Positions 1 to 8,032 of a DNA stretch of 64,000 nucleotides are shown here, piece by piece. The stretch's first letter is position 1; each line of letters begins with the position of its first letter. A program made the translations under genes and the position numbers. Below the pieces are notes generated by a model. It saw only the letters and a program-made list of their open reading frames with translations. It searched no databases and was not told the DNA's origin. The DNA is from a virus. The stretch is from the IMG/VR virus record IMGVR_UViG_3300032249_001461, positions 1-64,000 of that record; one strand, written 5' to 3'.

Positions 1-1
1 A

Positions 2-250
2 ACCGGAATCCAAGGAATAACCGGAATCCAAGGCATAGACGGCAGCCAAGGCACCACTGGTTCGCAAGGAATAACTGGTTCGCAAGGAATAACTGGTTCG
101 CAAGGAATAACCGGAATCCAAGGAATAACTGGAATCCAAGGTATCGACGGCAGCCAAGGCACCACTGGTTTGCAAGGAATAACCGGAATCCAAGGTATAG
201 ACGGCAGTCAAGGCACCACTGGTTCGCAAGGAATAACTGGAAGCATTGGA
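2..250 (+). repeat. Coding tandem repeats (collagen triplets)
   Basis: Repeated caaggaataac(c/t)gg units. Confidence 0.85.
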
Positions 251-472
251 ACTCATGCCTCCAGCCACCAGACGGGCGGTAGCGACGCTCTCACGGCTAG
301 CGACATCGGTGCAGCTAACGCAAACCACACGCACTCGCTCTCGTCTCTGACTCAGTCCAGCGCAACTACCGGGCAGGTGCCGCAATGGTCCGGTTCCGCG
401 TGGGTTGCTGTAGAGCCCTCCGGCGGTGTGTCAGCGAACGAATCCATTATAAACGCACTAATTTTCGGATAA
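2..472 (+). CDS. Collagen-like (Gly-X-Y) fibre protein, 5'-truncated by window edge
   Basis: Open frame from base 2 with GITGIQGIDGSQGTTGSQ repeats, then a fibre-type HASSHQTGGSDAL...GQVPQWSGSAW segment. Confidence 0.8.
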   Translation, partial: TGIQGITGIQGIDGSQGTTGSQGITGSQGITGSQGITGIQGITGIQGIDGSQGTTGLQGITGIQGIDGSQGTTGSQGITGSIGTHASSHQTGGSDALTASDIGAANANHTHSLSSLTQSSATTGQVPQWSGSAWVAVEPSGGVSANESIINALIFG

Positions 473-478
473 ATCACC

Positions 479-1006
479 ATGCCAAAAACATTCATTACGC
501 CCGCCTACACGTTCACGCCCGGTGCTTCGGGAGTCGGCACGGTCACGCTCCTGGGCCTCGCGGCGTTTGATGTGCGTCGGCTCGTCGCGATCATCAATCA
601 GACTCGCGGCGTGGTGATCTACTCCACCGGATCGGCGGCCGCGAGATACACCGCGGTGGCTGGCTCGACGCTCACGCTGTTCTTTGACACGTCAACGCAC
701 GACCCCGCGGACGTGCTGCAGGTGATCTACGAGGATCCAGCCACGCCGCTGCCTGACGGAGCGGCCACCGACTCGATGCTCGCGATGCTTTCGCGTCTCG
801 TGAAAATCTCAGAGAGCAGTGCGACAGTTGACCAGTTCCAGAGGCAGCGCGTCACGGTGGATGCGTTTTCCGCGCTCGCGAGTTTGCCATCGGTGACCGC
901 GGTCGCAAACCTGACTGCGACCGCTGGCATGGATCGCGAACAATGGATAAACGTCGCGAAAGCTACATACTTTCAATCAATCCGATCGCAACTCACGTTT
1001 TCTTGA
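479..1006 (+). CDS. Fibre-associated hypothetical protein
   Basis: 175 aa ORF tightly packed between two fibre genes. Confidence 0.7.
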   Translation: MPKTFITPAYTFTPGASGVGTVTLLGLAAFDVRRLVAIINQTRGVVIYSTGSAAARYTAVAGSTLTLFFDTSTHDPADVLQVIYEDPATPLPDGAATDSMLAMLSRLVKISESSATVDQFQRQRVTVDAFSALASLPSVTAVANLTATAGMDREQWINVAKATYFQSIRSQLTFS

Positions 1007-1018
1007 GGAGTCCGTCCC

Positions 1019-3862
1019 ATGCCAGCCCTGTCAAAAAACACGCTCACGCCCCAAGTCGATCTGCCCACCTGGGAGTGGTGCCGATTCGCGCCAGCCGTGT
1101 CGGCTGCGGTTTCGTCGTCCTGCTCGGCAGACAACAGCGAGTTCAGTGCGGAGCACGGCCGCTACATTTACTACCTCATTGCCGCTACTCAGTTCGTTCG
1201 ATACGACACGTGGACGGATATGTATCAGCAGCTCGCGACGCCTGCTGTTGCGCCGGCCGCAATCAGCTCGATGAAATTTTTGCAGGGCATTGCACCCGAG
1301 GGCAACGTGATCGCGGCCGGTGCATCCACCGTCACTGTGGCGGCTGTCACGCAGCAGTCGCTTCGCGGCTACGACATCGTCATCGTGAGCGGGACGGGAG
1401 CAGGCCAGCGTCGCACGATCACTGCGGTCGCAGAGCCGGTCGCGGCCGACGTTGGCGTAGTCACCGCAGTCAGCAACACGCAAGGCACGCTGACTGTCAC
1501 GGACTCGACCAAGGCGTGGGTTGGCAACCAGTACGCGGGCTACTCGTTCCGCGTCACGGGCAACGCGGGCGCAGGGCAGATGCGACGCATCCTGAGCAAC
1601 TCCGCGACCGTCTTGACCCTGGGCGATACCAACCAGACGAACAAGACCTACAACAACCCCGGACAGTTTTTTCCCGCCATTAGTGCAGTAGCCGGTTCGC
1701 AGTCTTACTACGCAATCGAGTCGCAGGTGCTGACGGTCAACGCGGCGTGGACGGTGCAGCCTGACTCGACCAGCGTATACCGCATCCAGTCAGGCATGAT
1801 TGTCATGGCGTCCACTGCGGCTGTTACAGCGCCTTTTTACACGTTGCAGGCTTACGACATCGCAACGGATACCTGGTACATCCTGCCTGCCTACACGGGC
1901 ATGCTGGGCGCCGGAACCTACAGCGATCTGAGCCTCGACCGGACGGGCGAAATCTCCTCTGTGTGGGCGGCCGGCGTTGCCTCGTCCGCGAGCACGACGA
2001 CCACGCTGGTGGATGCGTCGCGAGGCGTCGATCGCGCCGCGTGGACGGTCAACCAGTGGGCTGGCTACTGGGTACACATTACGTCCGGCACTGGCGAGGG
2101 GCAGATTCGCCAGATCGCATCGAACACGAGCAACACCCTAACCTGGGCCACGGCGGGAACCGCTCCAACGGCCACCAGCCGCTACCAGATTTCTGGATTC
2201 GACGCTGGCACGGCAACGGCCGGTGCCGCATCCACGATTACAGACTCGACGAAGTCGTGGCCCGTGAACCGCTGGGCCAACTACCAAGTACGCATCCTCG
2301 CCGGAACCGGCATCGGCCAGGTGCGAGCAATCGCGAGCAACACGGCCACGGCGTTGACCGTCGTGACGCCGTGGGCAACGAACCCCGACACGACCTCCGT
2401 GTACGTGATCACGGGCGACGGCAATAAGGTCTTCTTTTACTTCGGCACTCTCGCGGCCGTGATGATCCATAATCTCGACTCGACCGTGCCGACTTTTGGC
2501 CGAGAGCAGGATTGGGGCACGGCACGCATTGCCTCGGCCACGGTTGGCGGCCATTTGCCGGTGGCGATCACCACGCTCGCAAACACGACAACGACAGCGA
2601 CCGTGACAACGGCGCATCCGCATCAGTTCCGTGTCGGCGATCTCGTGACTGTCCGCGGTGCGACGGACGCAAATTTCAACGTGACCGGAGTCGCGATCGC
2701 CACGGTGCCATCGGCCACGACGTTCACGTACACGATGGCCGGTTCCCCGGCGGCGACAACCATTGCTCTGGCCCTCAGCACCTCGACGCTGGTCGATGTC
2801 ACGAAGAACTGGTCTACGAACCAGTGGGCCGGTGCGACGTGCTACATGAACACGGCGGCAGTGACTGGCACTTCCGGTGGTGCGGCGGGGCAGTCGCTGC
2901 GAATCCTGTCGAACACAAGCAACACGCTCACGATGGTGACTGGGACGGCACCTGTCAACGGTCAGTCTCGCTACTCGATTGCGGCGTCGAGCGCTATCGG
3001 TGCGATGGACCAGGGCGTGGCGACAGGCACTCAGTCCACCACGACGCTGCAAGACACGAGCAAGGTCGGGTCGTTCACCGTCAACAACACCAGCGGCAGC
3101 ACGTCGATCAATGTGACCGGCGTGACATCCGGCCAGCTCTACGTCGGTCACGCTGTCTCGGGGACTGGCATTCCGACCGGCGCGGTCATCGCCGCGTTCG
3201 GCACGGGCACTGGTGGCGTCGGCACCTACACGCTGTCGCAGCCCTGCACCTCGACGAACACCGGCCTCACCATGAGCTCGGGCTGGGTCGTCAACGCCTA
3301 CGCGGGCAAGCGAGTAAGGTGCTTCGGCGGGGCAGGGCCTGTCGAAGTCGCGATCACCTCAAACACGAACAACACGCTCACGTTTGCTGTCACCACAGCC
3401 CCGGTCGCAGGCCAGACCGGCTACGTGATTCTGGAGCAGACGGTCAAGGCTGTTGGCGTAAGCTCGAACTGGGCCAGCGGCACAAGCGACGCCGGCATTC
3501 GTGGCAGGTATATGTTCGTGACACGCGGCGGTGCTGTGGCTGGATTCGATCGCGTCGACCTGACTACTGATCGGGTCAACGTGATGATGACCACGCCAGC
3601 CACGGAGACACTGACCACGGGCACGATGACGGCTTATGACGGCCAGGATCGCATTTTCTTCCACAAGGACGCCACCCAGCGAATCTACTCGCTCGACGTG
3701 GTGACCGGGCGAATCAGCGGTGCGTCGATGTACCCCTACGTCGCTCCGACCGCGATCATCGGCAACCGCATGGAGATTTTCACGACTCGCGACGGCTTGA
3801 AATACCTTTGGCTCAACCGAGCGTCGTTTGCCGAGTGCTTTCGATGCCTACTCTTTTGGTGA
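1019..3862 (+). CDS. Large Thr/Ala/Gly-rich virion fibre or adhesin
   Basis: 947 aa; repeated D-x-T-K-x-W-x-x-N-Q-W-A-G...GTG-x-GQ-x-R-x-I-x-SNT modules; GAGGAG SD. Confidence 0.8.
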   Translation: MPALSKNTLTPQVDLPTWEWCRFAPAVSAAVSSSCSADNSEFSAEHGRYIYYLIAATQFVRYDTWTDMYQQLATPAVAPAAISSMKFLQGIAPEGNVIAAGASTVTVAAVTQQSLRGYDIVIVSGTGAGQRRTITAVAEPVAADVGVVTAVSNTQGTLTVTDSTKAWVGNQYAGYSFRVTGNAGAGQMRRILSNSATVLTLGDTNQTNKTYNNPGQFFPAISAVAGSQSYYAIESQVLTVNAAWTVQPDSTSVYRIQSGMIVMASTAAVTAPFYTLQAYDIATDTWYILPAYTGMLGAGTYSDLSLDRTGEISSVWAAGVASSASTTTTLVDASRGVDRAAWTVNQWAGYWVHITSGTGEGQIRQIASNTSNTLTWATAGTAPTATSRYQISGFDAGTATAGAASTITDSTKSWPVNRWANYQVRILAGTGIGQVRAIASNTATALTVVTPWATNPDTTSVYVITGDGNKVFFYFGTLAAVMIHNLDSTVPTFGREQDWGTARIASATVGGHLPVAITTLANTTTTATVTTAHPHQFRVGDLVTVRGATDANFNVTGVAIATVPSATTFTYTMAGSPAATTIALALSTSTLVDVTKNWSTNQWAGATCYMNTAAVTGTSGGAAGQSLRILSNTSNTLTMVTGTAPVNGQSRYSIAASSAIGAMDQGVATGTQSTTTLQDTSKVGSFTVNNTSGSTSINVTGVTSGQLYVGHAVSGTGIPTGAVIAAFGTGTGGVGTYTLSQPCTSTNTGLTMSSGWVVNAYAGKRVRCFGGAGPVEVAITSNTNNTLTFAVTTAPVAGQTGYVILEQTVKAVGVSSNWASGTSDAGIRGRYMFVTRGGAVAGFDRVDLTTDRVNVMMTTPATETLTTGTMTAYDGQDRIFFHKDATQRIYSLDVVTGRISGASMYPYVAPTAIIGNRMEIFTTRDGLKYLWLNRASFAECFRCLLFW

Positions 3863-3868
3863 GAAATT

Positions 3869-4030
3869 ATGACAATATCGCAACTGATTACACTTGCCGA
3901 AAACCGGCTCTCTTACTACTTGCAGGCCCGAGCTCTCGCATGGCAGACAGGCGATGTGGCGGCGCTGGCTGACGCGGAGGCAAACATCTCCGAAACTGAG
4001 TCGACGCTCATCAAGCTTCGGAACCTCTGA
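3869..4030 (+). CDS. Small hypothetical protein (53 aa, MTISQLITLAENRL...)
   Basis: Read by hand; starts 6 nt after the fibre stop codon; below the ORF-track length cutoff. Confidence 0.6.
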   Translation: MTISQLITLAENRLSYYLQARALAWQTGDVAALADAEANISETESTLIKLRNL

Positions 4031-4070
4031 TTCCATTTTTAGTTGGGATTTTTGCCAATTTGAGTGCTGG

Positions 4071-5306
4071 TCAATCCGAGTAGAAGAAATTTTTGATTTC
4101 ATTTATATCATTGGTTTGTAGCCTCATTTTTTCAAGCATTTCGGCGTCAACCAAGTCTTCCATCACCCACCAGTCTTCAAAACTGCACTCGCCCGAAGGA
4201 GAAACATCATTGACCACTAGTGTATAGCCCAAACTGGAAAGGTACCTTCTTGATTTATCCCTATAGGACTTCGTCAAATCCACGTAGTGGTCATGCTCGT
4301 AGGTGATGACCCTGAACTTATATTTTTCAAAAGGGATGGAAAGCATCGCATCAAAGGTGTTCTTGGGAGGCTCTATGTCAAGCTGAAGATAATCTATTAT
4401 TTCGCAATCAAAGTTTTCAGAAAGAATGGACGAATAATTCAAGGACAACGCATCGGCACAGATGACCCTGTTCTTCCTTGAAGCATGCTGCTCGGCCAGA
4501 TCGCGTTTCAATTCCACTCCGATGCCTTTCCAGCCCAATTCCTCTAGCAGAGCAGTATTGCTGTTGTGGTGGGAGTGTGCGGCGCCGATCTCCAGATAGG
4601 TTCCCTCCTTCTTTCCTCCCAGCATCGCAAGAACAAATAGATCCTGGCACACCTGCGAGTAGTTTCTCTCTATGAGATCAAGTCCGCAAAACTTAAATTT
4701 GAACTGCCCGTATTTGCTCTTATCGTACCTCACGGAACTCTCCGTCTCGTTTCCGGATCCAAGACGGGAAAGGTTGCCCTGGACTAGTTTGAGGTAGGAT
4801 TCGTTCATCACGGGGCCGTAATCGTCCATAATGAGTCTGAGGAGTTTTCTTGACTCGCTCGGCTTGCCGTACCACCAGGCGGCGACCGCCTTCTGAAAGA
4901 TCAGCATGTATTCGGACTCGTATGAGGAGCCGAATGCGAGGCCCGAGGGCTTCAGGGACGTCAATTCCAGTCCGAGCGAAGCATAAAGGTAGGAGTCCAT
5001 CCAGTTTCCCTTCCTCTCGTAGAACTGACTGATTAGGAAATATGCCTCGGGGTTTCTAGGCTTCATTTTCAGGGCGGACTTCAGTGCGTTTTCGCAGGTG
5101 TATTCCCTGTCTCCCAGGGCCCCAAAGCAGTAGTAGAGACGCAACATGCATTCGTACGACAGGTCGTCATCTTTAGAAAGTTCGGCCGCTCTTAGATAGA
5201 AGCCGCATGCTGGGGATAGGTGCCCTGAAACCTCGTAACACCGGGCAAGACTCATGTTGGCAGAAGGGTCAAGGGGATTTTGTACGTATGCGTGAAGTTC
5301 ATTCAT
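4071..5306 (-). CDS. TPR-like repeat plus FkbM-family methyltransferase fusion
   Basis: Helical TPR-like N-half; YSQxxQD, YLEIGA, IDYLQLDIE and FEDWWV motifs; start at MNELH overlaps upstream stop. Confidence 0.75.
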   Translation of the reverse strand: MNELHAYVQNPLDPSANMSLARCYEVSGHLSPACGFYLRAAELSKDDDLSYECMLRLYYCFGALGDREYTCENALKSALKMKPRNPEAYFLISQFYERKGNWMDSYLYASLGLELTSLKPSGLAFGSSYESEYMLIFQKAVAAWWYGKPSESRKLLRLIMDDYGPVMNESYLKLVQGNLSRLGSGNETESSVRYDKSKYGQFKFKFCGLDLIERNYSQVCQDLFVLAMLGGKKEGTYLEIGAAHSHHNSNTALLEELGWKGIGVELKRDLAEQHASRKNRVICADALSLNYSSILSENFDCEIIDYLQLDIEPPKNTFDAMLSIPFEKYKFRVITYEHDHYVDLTKSYRDKSRRYLSSLGYTLVVNDVSPSGECSFEDWWVMEDLVDAEMLEKMRLQTNDINEIKNFFYSD

Positions 5307-6279
5307 ATGTTTTGAGTAACTTTCCAAGCATTGTTTTGGGAAATCCAAGAAGAAACGCGGCATTGTCCTGGAATCCGAAGGAAACAAGGAGAAAGTCGCC
5401 GTGTTCCGCCATTCCGCAGCAGAACTCTATCTTTGCGTCCATGAATGAGAACGAATCGGAAACCTCCACCAGTTCCCAGTCCTTGTCCCAGACCACGAAC
5501 CTGTGGGTGTAGATCGCATTCTTCTTGCCCGCTTCGGAACTGAAGAGATTGACCTCGTGAACAATGGCAAGGTAATGTCCGCCCACCGTTATCACTTGGG
5601 ATCCACCCCTGAGGTCGGAGGTGTTCAGCGGTTTCGGGTCGGACAGGAATACGGTCTTGCATGTCTTGGATGCGGGGTCGACCTCCACCACCTCGGTGGG
5701 GTTGGTCCATTTGATGTACGTGTACTCCTTGTCCAGGACGGGCATCCAGTTCTTCTCGCAGTAGCTGGAATCCGCACCGGGAGCGGGTATCCTGACCCTG
5801 CTCCTCTCCACGACCTTCTCCTTTTTGAATGACATCTCGGAGAGTTCCATCCTTCCTTGTCCGTTGGTGGTGGTGTCCCTTCTGACGCCGCTCAGGTAGA
5901 GCTTACCGCCCCACTCGACGAGCCTTCCGTCCTCAAGTCCCACAAACTCCCAGAGGGGTTCCTCGTCCAAGAAAGTTGTATCCACAATGTGGCTGGATGA
6001 TATGCTGAAGTTTTCATCTAGTCTGCAGAGTATGTTGTCGGTGATGAGCCTGAGGTCGTTCTCCTTGTGGAGGTAGCAGAGGGGCCCCCAGCTGTGCTCG
6101 AAGACGCCCTTCTCGCTGTGGTAGAGGACGTAGTTGAGGTTTCTTATGTTGAGGAGGAGTTCGCCCTTATTGCTGCGGCATATGGAGGGATTGCTCAGGG
6201 AAGGGCCCCTCATGGACGAAGGGGGGACCAGCAGGGGATGAAGGAAGCCCCCGCTATCCAGGGCGGTTTTTGCAAACAT
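5299..6279 (-). CDS. GH130-like beta-propeller glycosidase/phosphorylase
   Basis: NPSI, GLEDGRL, EKNWMP, LRGGSQ and IEFCCG motifs. Confidence 0.65.
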   Translation of the reverse strand: MFAKTALDSGGFLHPLLVPPSSMRGPSLSNPSICRSNKGELLLNIRNLNYVLYHSEKGVFEHSWGPLCYLHKENDLRLITDNILCRLDENFSISSSHIVDTTFLDEEPLWEFVGLEDGRLVEWGGKLYLSGVRRDTTTNGQGRMELSEMSFKKEKVVERSRVRIPAPGADSSYCEKNWMPVLDKEYTYIKWTNPTEVVEVDPASKTCKTVFLSDPKPLNTSDLRGGSQVITVGGHYLAIVHEVNLFSSEAGKKNAIYTHRFVVWDKDWELVEVSDSFSFMDAKIEFCCGMAEHGDFLLVSFGFQDNAAFLLGFPKTMLGKLLKTYE

Positions 6280-6334
6280 TGCATTAAAATAGTCCGCAAG
6301 TGTAAATAATATTGCACACAAACAACGGAAACGC

Positions 6335-6709
6335 ATGATCAATTACGAGGCCACAGGACATATAAGGTTGGCGGGATGTGCCGGCCTCGGACTTTACAAA
6401 AACTACACGATACTCTTCCTCGTAGGATCAAGGGTATATGTGAAGAGAAAGGCCAGGCTCGGAGTAATGGAGCCTGTCGTGTTGAAAAGGATAAACAGGG
6501 TAGCTCTCGAATCGGCCTCTTACAGGGGAGTCCAGCCGGAGATCAATTATGTGGACACCTTCAACAGGGTGTGGATGGAAAACGAACTCTTGAGCGAGGA
6601 AAATGCCGTGGACCTCGCAAGGAAATATTGGGGCAACATAGAACAAATTGGAAGAAGGATGTTCGAGGAAGACGGATGCTTTCCCATCAAGCCGGAGGGA
6701 TGTCGCTGA
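6335..6709 (+). CDS. Hypothetical protein
   Basis: 124 aa ORF filling the gap between minus-strand genes. Confidence 0.6.
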   Translation: MINYEATGHIRLAGCAGLGLYKNYTILFLVGSRVYVKRKARLGVMEPVVLKRINRVALESASYRGVQPEINYVDTFNRVWMENELLSEENAVDLARKYWGNIEQIGRRMFEEDGCFPIKPEGCR

Positions 6710-7385
6710 CGAACCCCCATTCCGATTGCTTGTTTGCCACATAGTCCCTGGATTCGGCCATGTAGTCGGATATCCTGGAGCTCATTCCTGCGGTGAAAGA
6801 CATGTCCTTGAGCTGGCACCGTGCGGTTCTGACCTCGTCCGAATGGGCAAGGCATTTGGCTCCGTCGGCCTTGACAAGCCTGAGTGAGTTTTCGGCTGCG
6901 GCCCTGAACCTGAAATTGGAGCTTTCAAAGCCCCATCCCAGGTTCATGCTCTCGTCGTAGCCATTCACCGAAAGGAAGTGGCGTCTTGTCACTGCCACAA
7001 GGCCGGAGCATCCGTAGTTTCCAGAATCGTCTCTTTCATCGGCTCCGATGATGCAGTCGCCGGAAGAAAGCGAATCCCTGATGTTTTCTACAAAGCCATC
7101 GGGGATCACCACGTCGCAGTCGAGGTTGCAAAGAACTTCGCCGGACGCCGCCTTGTGAACTATGTTCTTGGCATGCGAGGCAACCCAGTACCTGGGCTTG
7201 GCCGTTCTTAGGAAGACGACGCCGGGCAGGTTTTTGGCGGCCCATTCTTCCAGTCCGTCGGAGCCTCCGTAATCCAGCAGGACGAATTCCACGCCGTCCG
7301 ATCCCGCCCTTGCGATGTTTTCGAGATACGTCTCCTTCAGATGGAAGAGCCTGTCCGTGCATGCGGTGCAAAACGATATCTTCAA
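6687..7385 (-). CDS. Glycosyltransferase (GT-A fold, GT2/GT7-like)
   Basis: VLLDYGGSD, NLDCD (DxD) and GYDES..GWGFE motifs. Confidence 0.8.
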   Translation of the reverse strand: MKISFCTACTDRLFHLKETYLENIARAGSDGVEFVLLDYGGSDGLEEWAAKNLPGVVFLRTAKPRYWVASHAKNIVHKAASGEVLCNLDCDVVIPDGFVENIRDSLSSGDCIIGADERDDSGNYGCSGLVAVTRRHFLSVNGYDESMNLGWGFESSNFRFRAAAENSLRLVKADGAKCLAHSDEVRTARCQLKDMSFTAGMSSRISDYMAESRDYVANKQSEWGFVSDIPPA

Positions 7386-7963
7386 ATCCTAACCTCTTTC
7401 AGGCTCTTGAGGAAGTAGTGGTACCTCTCGTAGGCGTCCTGGCACTGCTCCACAGCGGACTCTTTCATAGCGCAAGGAGTCCCCTCGGAAAGATTCAGCC
7501 CTTCAAGTGGAGACGAAAGCCCGACATAGGACTCTATGCTCTTTAAAACCTCGCCCCTTGCGAGGTCATCCCAGGTCGCTATTACGGCGGAGGGGGTTCT
7601 TTTTGCCATCTCGCATATCCTGCGGAGCCGGAACCTGTAGTACCTCGAGGCCTCCTCCTCCCCGTAGCCCGAGGACATTATTCCCTCTAGGGACTGCCTG
7701 GCGGGACGGATGACATAGATGAACTTGCAGAACTCGTAGAGCTTCCTGCACGAAAGGGAGGCGTTGAACAGCAGGTGGTCGCCGTACACGGCGGAGCTGT
7801 TCCTCATCTTGTGCCCCCGGGAGAACATCCAGTTGAGCGAATCCGGAGAGGAATACTGCACTCTCGTAGAATGGATTTCGCACCTCGGATTTCTATTCAG
7901 GGATTCCACCAGTTCCGAGGAGCCCGAACCGAGGTGGCTTACCACAAAGCAGACCTTTTTCAT
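7382..7963 (-). CDS. Sulfotransferase-like protein (degenerate)
   Basis: N-terminal FVVSHLGSGS..L...LN.NP resembles the PAPS-binding loop; KFIYVIRP. Confidence 0.5.
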   Translation of the reverse strand: MKKVCFVVSHLGSGSSELVESLNRNPRCEIHSTRVQYSSPDSLNWMFSRGHKMRNSSAVYGDHLLFNASLSCRKLYEFCKFIYVIRPARQSLEGIMSSGYGEEEASRYYRFRLRRICEMAKRTPSAVIATWDDLARGEVLKSIESYVGLSSPLEGLNLSEGTPCAMKESAVEQCQDAYERYHYFLKSLKEVRI

Positions 7964-8032
7964 TTTTACGCATCCATTACAGCTATATTATCAGAGCTGA
8001 CGGGCTAGATATTGCCAAAGGAGACTTTCTAG

